A stretch of DNA of 64,000 nucleotides from the human T2T-CHM13v2.0 reference genome, Homo sapiens. Numbering within the stretch: the first letter of the stretch is position 1; every line of letters begins with the position of its first letter. Made by a program: the position numbers and the translations under genes. A model generated the notes under the pieces. That model saw nothing but the letters and a program-made list of their open reading frames with translations. It had not been told where the DNA came from and searched no databases. Location: the NCBI RefSeq assembly GCF_009914755.1, contig NC_060926.1. One strand, given 5' to 3'. This document shows, piece after piece, positions 46,463 to 61,180 of this stretch.

Positions 46463-46548
46463 CTGTTGAGTAATGCTTAAAATCTTCATCATGAGTAGGA
46501 AAACATAACAGTTTTTCCATCCATCTTCTTGAGTGTTGTTATACTCAC

Positions 46549-46663
46549 ACCACTTCAGTGTTCTACTGAGCTACTCAATTTTAGAACTGAAATACACTTT
46601 AGCAATTCTGTAGTCAAACTCAACATATCATCACAATGTCTAAATGTGCCACATATATAGGTA
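46549..46663 (-). pseudogene. Decayed exon candidate holding one 33-codon W-to-W repeat
   Basis: Acceptor ttttttctataatatAG, donor GGT|GTGAGT; YLYMWHI*TL**YVEFDYRIAKVYFSSKIE*LSRTLKW in one frame. Confidence 0.55.
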
Positions 46664-46838
46664 CTATATTATAGAAAAAATCAAATTCACCACAGAAAAA
46701 AGTATAATTTTTATAAAGAAAAATATTTAACCACTTCATAAATATATTATTATGTACTTGCAGATAATAAAGTTTCAACAGTGGCATGTCGTAGTTTGTG
46801 GATTTTAAAAACAAATAAGAGACTTTCCTAAATAATAC

Positions 46839-47288
46839 CTCAGGGTAGAAATATGGATGTGTGCTTATAATTCAGGATGGAAAAGTTTTAAAATATATAA
46901 ATATTATGAAAATCCTGTGTAAGAGTAAAAGTTTTAGGAAAAAGAATGCATTTTTTCTGAAAACGTTGGTACTGAGTTATCATGTTGTGACAGTTTTGGT
47001 TTCATTTACTGAAATCCCTTGCTGTCTTTTTCCTGTTTGTAAAAAGTAATTTTAAAAGTTCACGTAAGACTGGCCAGTGGCCAGTCAAGCTGTTCTATTT
47101 GAAGAGGTTATTTAAGGAAATTGCCAACAAAAATTTATTTTTTATTTGTGGTCAATAGTTAAATAAAATACAAATTTCTTCCAAAGTTAGATTTTATTAC
47201 CCAGAGCTGACAAAATTTCTGTCCAAACAGATGCTATGATTTTAGAATCCAGCCAAATGAGCAGATCACAGAGTCCTACACTCCACCC
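46839..47288 (-). pseudogene. Decayed exon candidate
   Basis: Strong acceptor ctctcctcattcccctacAG, donor GAG|GTATTA; GWSVGLCDLLIWLDSKIIASVWTEILSALGNKI*LWKKF. Confidence 0.5.
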
Positions 47289-47589
47289 CTGTAGGGGAAT
47301 GAGGAGAGTGAGGGGAAGCGTGTCAGCGGTGCTAGGGCAAGAGCATATAAGGACATGTTACATTTGAAAAACAAATGTACTGCTCTACCCAACCTCATAT
47401 TCCATGGAGGAAAATCACACCGGCATTCTCAAAACAAAGTAGAAGTCAAAAGACGTGCCACCCTGTTTCCAATGTACAACCCTGACTCTACATTAGAGTT
47501 GCCAGAGGACACCTAAAAATACCAACAGCTAGGATCCATCCTCGGATATTCTGATCAGTTTGTCCACTGTGGGGTCTGGATATTTTTTA

Positions 47590-48760
47590 AGGACTTTATT
47601 TAAAGAAGTTTTGGGTGCATGGCAAAGTTGAGATGAAGGTATAGAGACTTCCCATATACCCTCTCTCCCAACACATGCAAAGCTTCACCCATTATCAGCA
47701 GCCTCCACCAGAGTAATACACTTAGAATTTGATGAACTTGCATTGACACATCATTATCACCCAAAGTCCATGGTTTAAATGAGGGCTCACTCTTAGCACT
47801 GACATTGTATGGGTTTGGACAAATGCATTATGACATGTATCCACCACCATTACAGAAAATTTTCACTGCCCTAACAATCCTCTGTTCTCTGCCTATTCAT
47901 TCTTTCCTCCTTCCTAAACCCTGACAACCACTGATCATTTTACCATCTTCATATTTCTTCTTTTCCAAAATGTTATACAAGTGGAATCACATCGTATAAG
48001 TCTTTTCGGGTTGGCTTCTCTCACTTACTAATATGCATTTAAGTCTCTTCTATGTCTTTTCACGGCATGATAGCTCTTTCCAAAATGCTGAATAAAATTT
48101 CATTGTTTGGATGTTACACAGTTTGTCAACTCGCCTATTGAAGGACATCTTGGTTGCTTCCAAGTTTTGGCAATTATAAATAAGTTGCTATCAACATTCA
48201 TGTGCAAGATTTTGTGTGGACATGAGATTTCAACTTCTTTGTGTAAATACAAAGGAGTGTAATTGCTGGATCATATGGTAAAAATATGTTTAGTTTCATA
48301 AGAAATTGCCAAACTGCTTTCCTAAGTAGCTGCATTATTTTGCATTCCCACCAGCAATGAATACAAATGCTGGTTAATCTACATCCTTGCCAGGATTTGT
48401 GTTGTCATGTTTTGGATTTTGGCCATTCTAATAAAGGTGTAGTTATGTCTCATTGTTGTTTCGATGTGGAACATCATTTCATATGCCTTTTTGTCACTTG
48501 CATACATTATTTGGTGAGGTGTCTATTAAAGATTTTGGCACACATTTAAGTGAGTTGTTTGCTTTTTGTTGAGTTTCAGAGTTCTTTGTATATTTTGGAT
48601 AACAGTCCTTATCAGATAAGCCTTTTGCAAATATATTCTCCCTGTGTGGGTTGTCTTTTCATTCTCTTGACAGTGCCTTTGGCAGACTATAAATTTTTAA
48701 TTTTAATGAAGTCCAGCTTATCAGTTCTTTCTTTCATGGATTGTGTTTTTGGTGTTAGGC
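47590..48760 (-). mobile_element. L1MB 3' portion inserted within a MER5-like DNA transposon (about 47480-47590 and 48760-48825)
   Basis: Reverse L1MB 3'UTR; atattttttaa at both edges. Confidence 0.75.
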
Positions 48761-48796
48761 ATACATATTTTTTAAAAACAGCCCTAATATTTATAA

Positions 48797-49460
<664 letters not shown>

Positions 49461-49720
49461 GTTCTGAAATGTCACCTAAATGCATTACCATTTTGATAAT
49501 CTAATGCTACTCACCTAAGAGAAGCTTCATCACACTTCCTCTGGAAAGCCTGTGTATTTTTATGGTTAGAGAATGGCCTCCAGTTTGAAGTCCCAACTCC
49601 AGAAGACTATATGTATTATCTTGGGGAAGCCGCTCTAAGTCACTGTTCACCATTACTTTATTTGCAAAATAATGCTACCTATACCTTATAGGGTTGTTGT
49701 TAATACACATCATCACTTAA

Positions 49721-50182
49721 AAAATGATCTGCCATTGTCCTTAGACTTCTCCTAGAGGCCTGCATCTTCTCCCAGGTTATGTCAAGGCAAAACATTTCAA
49801 CATTCTCAGGATTTCTCATAACAATGTAGATTTCTCTAATCTTCCACAAGAAAAGGGAAAGCTGGAACTTGGGAGGTTATCTCTGTGCCTTATCTCTATC
49901 AGTTTTTCCAATCCTGCAAACTCTTAGGGCTAGAAGGGATTTTCCTTATGTCATGCTTGGAGTTCTCTCAACCTTTTGAGTTAAGGTTTAAGTTTGCTGT
50001 GACTGGCTGTTGAGACATTAAGAGGAACTTAAAAAAACTGACTCTGTTTTTCAACAATATCTTTCAAAATATCCCTTTGCTATAGAATCACAAATATTCT
50101 GGCATTAATTTTGAATAATAAGGCCTACTGTTAGTAAACGTCAGACACCTAACATTGACTGTTTCTTTGCATTTATTTATTT
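49721..50182 (-). pseudogene. Decayed exon candidate
   Basis: T-rich tract plus GAG acceptor; possible mutated donor TTAAGT; SMLGV*RLL, KSLQDWKN, QLSLFLWKIRE...RRSLRTMADHF. Confidence 0.5.
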
Positions 50183-50613
50183 CTCAAAAATAAAAATAAA
50201 AATGAAAAAAGAAAATTGTCTCTACCATTCCAAAGAATGCAATTTTATCTTAAAGTTCTCTGAAGTAAGTAAATAAGAATAATCATATATGATTATTCTT
50301 TGACTTCTTAATAAAGGCAGCGTTGACCAATGACACAATGTTAAACATAGCTCTAAGGAAAAAGCAGTAATAAGTTCATTATAGTCCTAAAATTTCTAGA
50401 ATTGGATTAGATTTATCTTGAAAAAAATTAACTGCTAAAATGTTGCCATTTTTGTAGTCTTAATGTTTACAATATTGTTTACATTAGACATAAATTACAC
50501 TAATGTTTTAAACATTAAGCTTTTTATTCCACTTAGCCTGAAAAAGAGAAAAAAATTAGTGTTAGAGTCTTACTTCTGGTTCAGCTACTAATTTTGTAGT
50601 TTCCTAAGATCAC

Positions 50614-50614
<1 letters not shown>

Positions 50615-50644
<30 letters not shown>

Positions 50645-51040
50645 ATACAGTCTTCCTCTGTCGCCAAGCTAGAGTGCAGTGGCGCAATCTTGGCTCACTG
50701 CAACCTCCGCCTCCTGAGTTCAAGTGACTCTACTGCCTCAGCCTCTTGAATTGCTAGGACTACAGGCATGCACCACCATGCCCAGCTAATTTTTGCAATT
50801 TTTGGAAGAGATAGGGTTTCATCATGTTGGCCAGGATAGTCTCCATCTCTCGACCTCGTGATCTGCCTGCCTGGCAAAACTCCATCTCTACTAAAAATAC
50901 AAAAATTAGCCAGAAGTGGTGGCAGGTGCCTGTATTCCCAGCTATTTGGGAGTCTGAGGCAGGAGAATTGCTTGAACACAGGAGATGGAGGTTGCAGTGA
51001 GCAGAGCAGCCTGGGCAACAGAGACAGACTTTGTCTCAAA
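50615..51040. mobile_element. Two 5'-truncated Alus fused head-to-head (- 50615-50870; + 50871-51040)
   Basis: Junction gatctgcctgcctgg|caaaactccatctctactaaaaatac. Confidence 0.9.
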
Positions 51041-52149
51041 TAATCATCATCATAACAATAAATATATATATATATAAAATAAACTCTACTTTTAAGTTTT
51101 GAAATGCTAAGCATGTAGTAGAATGACAGTAAAATTGAAATACATATACTTAACTGAAGGCAAAGGCTATGTCTTTCTGTAGTATTTATTATTCCCCATA
51201 GCAATTAGCCATATTTTAATTATTCCAATATTAATTGTACAAATATATTCAAAATCTGTCTGGCTTTTTTGAAATCAAAATTTGAAATTAACTTAGAATA
51301 AGAAGATAATATTGTGAAAGCTATTTGTAATTTTTAGATTTTTATATTTCTGTGTCCTTACAACTGACTTTTTTTTTTGGTAATACTGTAGCTCTCTAGT
51401 AAGTTTACCTTTTTCTAATCTTTTCAGCCTCAGAGAAGGACATTTATTCATTAAGTCAACATATATTTATTAATTAATGACTACATTCAAACAGCTGTTC
51501 ATTATATACCTGAGTATATAACTAAAGACACCACAAGGTCTCTGCCCTCCTAGAGCTTATATTATAGCTGAGAAAAGCAGGAAACAAACTCATCAGTATA
51601 TAATATATGTATAGTTCAGATCACTCTAAAAGTCATGGTGAAAACAAAAGTGTATAAATCTAATACAGAGTTGGGGGATGGAGAGATTGATATTGTATGT
51701 AGAGTGACCAGAGAATATCTCATTGATGAGTGGCATTTAAGGAAAGACAGAAAATAAGAGAGATGGCTGTGACTTTGGGAGAAAGAAGGTTGGTTCCATG
51801 TTGCCACCACTTAGGTAACCAGCATCACCTCTGAGGCTTATCATGTCTGTTCCCCACAAAAAATCGGTAGGCAATATTCTGACTGGCTCTGATATTGCAA
51901 ACTGTCCCTACTACCACCTCTCTGTCATGAAATATCATATATAACCTAAAAGAAAATAATTTAAAATACAAAAAGACAGAAAAATTAAGGGGAAGAAGAG
52001 AATAAAGGAGAAATGAAAGAATGCAATATTGCCTAATACATGTATTCTCAGAAATAAGAGAAAAATGAAATGAAAAATACATATTTTTGTTTTTGTGTTT
52101 TGTGTTGGCGTGTGTGTGCATGTTTGCTTTGCCATATACTTCTGCTTAA

Positions 52150-52670
52150 TCATATTAGACTCAGTATATTTCAGTTAAGTACTTTGAATCTTTACCAGTG
52201 TGAAAGAAAGAGAATGTTTTCCTAATAAAACAAAGAGAAAAGGTTGGAAAGTGCACCAAACCAAGTTTGCTCCCGTGTTGAACACTATGACTCTCCATTT
52301 ATCAATATAACAACCAAAGATGGAAGTGAGTTATGTGTTCATACTTTGTAACGCTAAGGTATGGTAAGAAAGATGAAGTGACAACATTTATCCCATCTGG
52401 TGGATGAAAATATTACATAACCTTGCTTGTAAGGAAATCTCTTTTGTTTTTCTTCAAGGAGGTGAACTTTGAGACTATCCTTGGACCGCAATTTAAGCTT
52501 GAGACAAAGGAAACTGATTGTGTTATCTCTTTGTAACCCAAACACCTGTAAATCTACTTCACCAAGCTTTGACAGTATCTGAACACTTATTGATCTTAAA
52601 ATGGTACAAAAACCTTTACTTGTTTGCCAGTCAACAAAGGTTAGTAAGTAGTTAATATAAATTTAATATT
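52150..52670 (-). pseudogene. Decayed exon candidate (3' boundary uncertain)
   Basis: Acceptor cattttctttAG; stop-free about 52662-52354: YLLTFVDWQTSK...SSTRWDKC; later CYIDKWRV in another frame. Confidence 0.5.
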
Positions 52671-52839
52671 CTAAAGAAAATGTGCACTTCTCGTAATCTT
52701 ACACTTCCTAATCTACTTCCCAGATAACCAAATCACTTTACTTTTTATTCTGGAGAGGAAGTGAGTGGGACACAGATGGTTTGACATATCATTATGCCTT
52801 TTTTGTGGGGGTAGTCTTCAGTTTCACATTTTTCTTCCG

Positions 52840-55130
52840 TCCTTCATTTTTATTCAATTATCTAACAAATAATTACTCTGTGCCTAACATGTACTGGCTC
52901 TGGAGCTATGATTGTGAATGAGATAAACATAGTTCATGCTCTTGCAGAGCTTACAGATTAGTGGAGAAAATTCTCAAAAGGCACTAATTATATAATGCCA
53001 TAATTGCTTTAATGGGGCTAGTATAGTGCATAGTGGAAGCAGCTATGTGGAACACAACCATAGCTGACAAGGGAAAATGGGCAAGGAAAACTTCTTGGGA
53101 AAAGGACATCCAAGCTACAATTTAAAATACAGGTAGGAATTAGCTAGGAAAAGCAGCTGAAATATCATGTTCAAAGCAAGATCAAAGATAGGATAGTGGC
53201 TTCAGATAAATCCAAGTTGTTGAAAGGAGCTAGCTAAGATAGTGGGTGAAAGGTGTGACGCAAAGTCTAGGCCAAATTCTATACAAGGTTGGGAATCATT
53301 TAAAGCATTTAGGCTGAATCCTGAAAGAGGGACCACTGAAGTTTTGCAGGAAGAGAAAGAAGCAGTGAGTTTTAAATGCATTAACCAGATTGGAGGAGGG
53401 CTAAACAAAGTATTCTTGTAATAATCCAAGAGAGGGATGATGAAAGACTAAACTAAAAAGGTGTTAATGGTGTTTAAACACTAGAACTGACATGTTAGAG
53501 ATGATAGATTGAATGGGCAAATAAATGAAAAGGAGGTTGCAAGGATGGGCCTCTGGTTTCTAATTCAGAAAATATATAATATCTGATGTTTTCCCCTAAG
53601 ATGAGAAACATAAATTCATCTTTGAACATGTAAAATTTGAGCAATGTGTGACATAGAGTTGCCAACTGACTTTTAGATACGTAACACAGAATCAGGAGAG
53701 GTGTGGCCTAAAATATATTGACTTGGGAAAGTAAATGATGATTGAAAGAGTAAGGATGGTCTCAAACAATGTAGTATCTTGAGAGATAGAAGCTTTTTGG
53801 TTTCATGGAAGAAGGAGGGGTGGGGAAAAGAGAGAGAGAGATTGAAAATAAAAAAGAGAGGATAAACTCAGGATTAAGCTCCCTGAGACGGCTAGGCAAC
53901 ATAGAATAGAGATCACAAGTAGAAGATATAGCAGCTTTCAAATTGAAGGATACTTCTGCCATTTTAACAGGAGGGAAGGAAAAAGGGATGATTATAGAGA
54001 TACTTGTGGAGTGATATCAGGAAGATGAATGCTATAGTTTAGATATGTGTCCCCGTCCAAATCTCATGTTGAATATAATCCCCAGTATTGAAGGCAGTGC
54101 CTTGTGGGAGGTGATTGGATCGTGGGGGCGGATTTCTCGTGAATGGTTTAGCACCATTCTCTTGGCACTGTCCTCATGATGTTAAGTTCTTGCAAGATTT
54201 AGCTGCTTAGAAGTGTGTCCCCTTGCTAGCCCTCTCTCGCTCTTGCTTTCACCATTTGATGTGCCTGTTACCCCTTCACCTTCTGCCATAAGTTTCCTGA
54301 GGCCTCCCCAGAAGCCAAACGGATGCCGGCATCATGTTTTCTGTACAGCCTGCAGCACCATGAGCCAATTAAACCTCTTTTCTTTGTAAATTACCCAGTT
54401 TCAGGTATTTATTTATAATGATGCAAGAATGGCCTAATACATTGAGCAAGTCCTATTTCCTCTTATTTGTAGAAACCACTGACTGAGCACTCTGAAGGAG
54501 AGTTAAAGGTTTTAAGAGAATGAAGAAAATTTCAAACGTTCACTAAGGAGAACGGGCAAAAGAGTTGACTAAGAAAATAGAAAAGGATACCAAGAAATCA
54601 TTGAAGAAGAGATTAAAGTTAGAGGACATTATTTTGTATTTGTATAAATGTGCATGTTTCCTCAATTTTTCTCCAGCACATACATTACTCTGGGCATGAG
54701 CACAGAAAGCAAGACAATTGCCAGGAGAATGTAATGAAAAATGAGTTGAAACACTGAAAAAGATAAAGTACATCAGTGGAATATGAACAGATTAGGAAAT
54801 AAAATAAAGAAGATGAGTGGGCTGTGGAAATAAAAGGAATCACAAAACTGGAGGCTTAATGAAGTTAAAGAACATGTGGACTAGGAAAACCAAGATGGTT
54901 GAAAAGACAGCAGATTGTGAACACACAAAAAATTCTGAGCTTAAATTGTCAGCAGCAGTAAAGCAATATCAAGTAATGAGAATTCCAGCTGTGAGGCTGT
55001 ATGAGTGATTTGCTGGAGAGGCACAGAATTATAGGTCAATGGAGATAAAGTCATCCATAAACTACAAACAAGGGAGTTGAAGGAGCCATCCAGGGACATT
55101 TAGAAATGTGGTTTAGTCAAATGGCATGAA
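52840..55130 (-). mobile_element. L2 remnant with an inserted MSTB-like LTR
   Basis: ttcaattatctaacaaataattactctgtgcc...; purine-rich degenerate L2 ORF. Confidence 0.6.
54030..54441 (+). mobile_element. MaLR LTR, MSTB-like
   Basis: tgctatagtttagatatgtgtccccgtccaaatctcatgttg ... gaatggcctaataca. Confidence 0.85.
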
Positions 55131-55378
55131 ACTTTCAGAAATAAAGGTATGAATACATTATGTTAAATGTCATAAAAACACCACTGTTATGGTATGAAAC
55201 AACTTCACAATTTCTAAAGGCTTATTTTTCATGCTTTATACTTGATGACTTGATATTAGCTTGTGGTTAATAATTTGTAACAAATATAACATGAATAAAG
55301 ATGCAACATAAGCTAGGTAAGTTCTATAAACTGAATAGAACATGGAAAATTAGTACACACAGTGCTATGGGGTGATGA

Positions 55379-55716
<338 letters not shown>

Positions 55717-55840
55717 GAAATCAAGTTTTATAATGATGTTTTCCATTTGTATAATAAATATTTCCGAGTATTAACATTTTATCTTTCATACTTTTTCAAA
55801 TGTAGTTCTTTTAATTCTCCAATTAAGATTTTCTTATTAC

Positions 55841-55939
55841 CTGAGGAAAGAAGTGATTATTAGCATGGCAAAAAACAAGGAATAGAGTATGTTTTGAAAA
55901 CTGTCATGTTGAAGATTTATTTCTATGTGCGTTATTCTT
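55841..55939 (-). pseudogene. 99-nt exon candidate, open frame
   Basis: tgtttacAG ... CAG|GTAATA; RITHIEINLQHDSFQNILYSLFFAMLIITSFLR; coding-like sequence may extend past this donor (ILLYKWKTS near 55745). Confidence 0.4.
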
Positions 55940-56569
55940 CTGTAAACATGTAAACAGATAGTGATTAAAAGTAATATAACTATAATAATAATAATTTTAC
56001 TTTAATAAAAATGCCATACAAGACTCTAGTTTTTTAAGAGCTTGATTACATAAAACATTTCATAGTTGCTTATGTTGAGGATATTATTTCTAAAAACAAA
56101 GAATGAATCATATTGTATATAAACAAAATGTATTGAAAGTTGTTATGCTATGAAAAAGGAACTTAAGTAATTATCTGAAATTCTAATGTAAATTCTTTAT
56201 AAAAACCTGCAGGCATGAACACTGATGCTGAAGACATAGGAAGCCTTTTTCCCCTGATCTGAAATCACTTTTAGTAGAATCAAATGATCTGGGAATGGTG
56301 GTTCCAAAATTTTGTTGCTATCACTAGTTTAACTTGGCCTTTATTTTTATTATTACTTCTACCACAAGATGGGTGTTTATGAATGTGAGTGGTATAAATG
56401 GACAAAAACCTGAGGTAGCTTTCTTACTACCTCCCTACTTCTAGTTTTGCCTGTCTTCATTTATTCAGATGACTTACATTCATTGCAACTTGTTAACTTA
56501 TGTATTCACTGATTCATTCATTTATCATTGCTTGTGTACCTGTAAAGAGTGTCAGCTATATTCTAAATC

Positions 56570-56762
56570 TGTACTGTCCAATACAGTAGCCATACATAGC
56601 TATTTAAATTAATCTCAAACTAACCAAAACTAAAAATTCAGTTCTGCAGACATTCTAGCTACATTTCAAGAGCCCAAAAACTCCATATGGCTGGGGGGTA
56701 GTTTATTGGCCAGCACAGATATAGAACATTTCTCTTATCATAAAACATTCCATTGGACAGTC
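56570..56762 (+). mobile_element. MER3-like hAT DNA transposon
   Basis: Inverted ends ctgtccaat...attggacag. Confidence 0.75.
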
Positions 56763-57577
56763 CTATTCTCAAGCAGAGGAATGTAGAGATACAAGTTGAA
56801 ATCTCTGCTGTGAAAGCTCATGGATCATCAGAAAAAAAAATTAAGATAGAAGCATCTTCAAGGAACTTTCGGTTAACAAAGAATAAACATCTAAATGAAT
56901 CTGAAGAGAACATGAAATGAACAAAATGATGCCTGACATGGATTTAGTCAGGTGCTCAGGGAAAAGCAAGCAAAGGGAATATCATTTGCAATACTCATGC
57001 ACCAAACATAACAACGACAACAAAAAAACTATAATTTCAAGGACATACAAATAGTTTTAAATGGCTAGAATGTGGAGTGATATTCGATGAGGTTTTCCAA
57101 CAAGTCTCATGTTTGGTTTAGTTTGGTTTCATCTACAAAATAGGAATAATAATAGTACCTAACTCTTGAGGTTGATGCTATAATTAACTAATTTTAATAT
57201 ATGAAGCACTTATAACAGCTCTTGGTACTGGCAAGTATTTATAAGTATTAACAATTATTATTATCATTGTTATATAATGTATATTATTTTTAAAAGATTG
57301 GAAGTATGATCAGTGACTTCAGAGTAAGAAACAGAGGCACACTCCTCATCAGAACACCATAGCCAGTGATATTCAGGAAAAGAATTAAACTAAAAACCTC
57401 CTGATCCTTCTGTTTCTTATGGAGGGAGTGTGAATGGTGGGAAAAGGATGTCACTGCTTCTAGATATGCTGGTGGGGGAAAAGTCACAAACAAATAGGAG
57501 AAATAAAAATTAGCTTAGAGTACATAGAGCCAGAATATTTCCTGACTATTGCATGTGGGTGTGTGCTTTTAACTTAC

Positions 57578-58330
57578 AATTATTTTCCTTTTTTTAACTT
57601 TACTTGATAAGAAAAAAACATATCAGAAGTATGAAGCTAAAATAAAACTGTGTTTTCACTATTTCTTTTTGTTTCTCTTTTTCCTGGTTCAAAAGAATCA
57701 AGATTAAAAACTGCCGAGAATATCCTAACACAGACTGTTCTTATAAGAATTTCAGTCGACGTTTGGAAACTTGAAAGGTTTGGGTGGTTTGGCTAAAGGT
57801 CAACCAAGAATCAAACATTTTAACTGCTTATTCAGACTGAACTTTTCAACCATCTCATGTTGTTCTTTTTACTACTATACAGTAATGATAAAAACCACTG
57901 TTTTTTTCTTAATTTACTAAGGCAAATATTTGCAAATACTATACAAATAGCAGCATTTAAATTTGTAACTAATTTATTTTTCTTGCATTAAGCTATGAGA
58001 GCAATGTAATCATAAAATCATTCATTATTAAAGTGACCAGTTTAATACTTCAAGCTATTTTACTCAGTAATAAAAGAGCTTCAATAACAAATGAAATGTT
58101 CTTCTTTCCTGAAGGAGCATAAATTATAAAAGTTTGTGAATTTGATTAATTTTTTGGTAGTTTCCATGAAGTAGTTGGTTATATTTGTGATTGATTGAAT
58201 ATAGGAGGGTTCTGATTTTACATGCAAGCTGATTTTAAGGGGTAAGAAAGCTTTGAATTTTTCTTTGACCCAAATCATTGGCAATAATTTTATGCATCAC
58301 ACTATTACTCTTATCAATTAGGTTGAGATT
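57578..58330 (-). pseudogene. Decayed exon candidate
   Basis: Donor ATT|GTAAGT at 57572-57577; KMFDSWLTFSQTTQTFQVSKRRLKFL*EQ; residual CpGs in AT-rich context; acceptor not identified. Confidence 0.35.
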
Positions 58331-59497
58331 ATCTTTATTAATTGTCTCAGTCACAATGCCCCAAGCCACAACTAGAATTTATAAATCAGAACTGCAGGAG
58401 AGGAAACCTGGTCCTCAGAATTTCTTTAAACTCTCACAAGTAAAACTGATGATCACCCTCTTAGAGCAGTAATTTTCAGTATCAACAGACTACCTTCTTT
58501 ATTTCTGGATGGTAAATATAAAAGCCATTCATTTTGATAAAAGGATAAGATCAAATTTAAAACAAAAGTATTTATATATTACATAATTATAATGCAATTT
58601 ATATAATAAAGTAATATGGATTTCAAAATATAAATCTTAGGCAGTACTACAGGAAAATACAAATTACATTAATCAAATATGTGTACTTACAAAGCAGTGA
58701 CCTCCTTTTCCTATCACTCACACTATCCCCTCAAAAAAAAGAAGGGTCAGGAGGTTTTTAAATTGCTTTCCTGAATATCACTGGGTATGGTGTTCTGATG
58801 AGGCATGTGCCTCTGCTCCTCACTCTGTAGTAAGTGGTTGATCATACTTCCAATCTTCTAAAAATAATAGTAGAAATATAATAATGCTAATAATTGTTAA
58901 TATTTATAAACACTTGATAGTGCCAGGAGCTGTTCTAAGTACTTCACATATTAATAATTAATTACATTTTAACATGAAGAGTAAGAGTTAGGTACTCTTA
59001 TTCCTATTTTGTAGATTAAACCAAACCAAACCAAACATGAAACCTGTTTAGAAAACTTCATCGAATTATCACTCCACATTCTAGCCATTTCAAACTATTT
59101 GTATGCCCTGAAAGTATTATGCTTTTTTTCTGTTTTGTCCGTGAGCATTGCAAACAATATTCCCTGTACCTGCGTAAGAGAGGGAAAATGTCTTCTGTGT
59201 ACCCTTCTATGTTCTTTGGCCTATGAATTAAATTGACATAAGACAGATTAACAGGACAAAATTATTTTAATTACATGCGTTTGCACTGGAGTCCCACAAA
59301 ACATGAGATTCAAAGAAGGGTCAGATGATTGAAGCTTATATGGCATCCTGAGCTACAGAAAGGAATTCCATTCCCATATATGTCAAAGATGTCTCTGCCT
59401 GAGAGCTTTTTCTCAACTCACACGCTGTGTAAGGCTAGAAGTGACCACGATTAAACCCTTAGTTGTTGCCACTCATTCATTTATAGAAATGAATTGA

Positions 59498-60003
<506 letters not shown>

Positions 60004-60019
60004 CAAATCCTTTTCTTGA

Positions 60020-61180
60020 AGTATGCCTCTAGGGAACTCAGCTAAAGAGTGTTGGTGAAGGATGAGATTCTGGAGTTAGATCACTTGCTGTGCAAATGTC
60101 AACAAGGCCCTCCTTGCTGTTAGTAACTGGGTTAATAATTATCCACAGCATCCTATACAATGCAACTACTCATATGGATTAGATTAGAAAACCCAGAAGA
60201 CTTGTAGAATTTAGCACTGGTTTATGTAATAGCTCTAGTGCTTAAAAGAATGCTAATTATGCATATTGTGATATTGTTTGGTGATTGTTAACACCATAGA
60301 AGCCCCAAAGAAGGAAAGTAACAAACATAGAATAGCAAACAAAATGACTTATAGTGTGACTTTCAGAAAGTGTCCTTGGTGGCACTTTAGGAGACCCTTA
60401 TCAATTCTGGCTAGAGACAGGAGTGTGTTGAAAACTACAATCTTAATTGTAACAAGCGCACACCACAAAGGAAGCTTAATTTACAGCCATAGCAGGGCTT
60501 CTCCTGTGTTAAAGCCAAAGCTGTGTTAACAAATAAATGAGACCCTTAGGCCAGAATATTTGGGTAGAGATGCATGCGAGAGGTGTTTAAACCTCTAGGT
60601 AGCCCTAAACAGTCTAAGCAGGATGGGAAGATTTCACTCTCCTTGCTGGAGAAACACAGCCTCATACTATTATGAGAAGGACTCACCTGAAGTTAAGGCC
60701 CTGCCAAATGATTCTTGGCCTCCTTTAAGGTGTCTCCACCACTGCTCACAGCTTCTAGCCCAATAAGGAAATTCAAGTCTCACCACAGCTCAGGTAAAGT
60801 ATAGTTCCTGCTATGGGAGGGAAATTATACACTAAAAGAATTCTAGGTCCTGGCTAATATGTACCAGCAGAAATCTGTAGAACATGCTAGGCAATTGATC
60901 TTGAGGATGTGGGACCAGAAAAGATGAAGTAAAGGCCGGTAGAAAATTGCTGACATAGGGCCACTCACTCATCATTTAGAATTGAATAATGCCTTAAGAA
61001 TGCTGGAGATAGGTCTAATATGTTTCAATAATTATTCCTTGAAGCTTGGAAACACCAAGTAAATGAGGTAGATATGTCAGAACTGCTCCAGCAATTAAGA
61101 AAGCAGACAGAAGTATCAGAAAAGTGAGCATGTACAAACAGATTTATTCTACAAGACCAGAAAAATCACCAGCGGACAAT
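60020..61180 (+). mobile_element. ERV-L remnant: LTR16-like 3' end (about 60048) followed by internal gag-derived sequence
   Basis: gggaactcagctaaagagt|gttggtgaaggatgagattctggagttagatcac; NYTLKEF*VLANMYQQKSVEHARQLILRMWDQK resembles ERV-L Gag (YTPKEL..NLYKQKSGEQAWEWILRVWD). Confidence 0.7.

Noticed and set aside
50695-51204. 169-aa ORF
   Set aside because: Read-through of fused Alu sequence.
57696-57777. Plus-strand exon (pyrimidine tract, aaag|...|gtttgg) with an open frame
   Set aside because: Weak AAG acceptor and weak donor; the pyrimidine tract is equally explained as the complement of a K/E-rich minus-strand frame.
59170-59400. ERV1-type LTR fragment
   Set aside because: Probably real, but I cannot fix the family or boundaries, so it is not listed as a feature.
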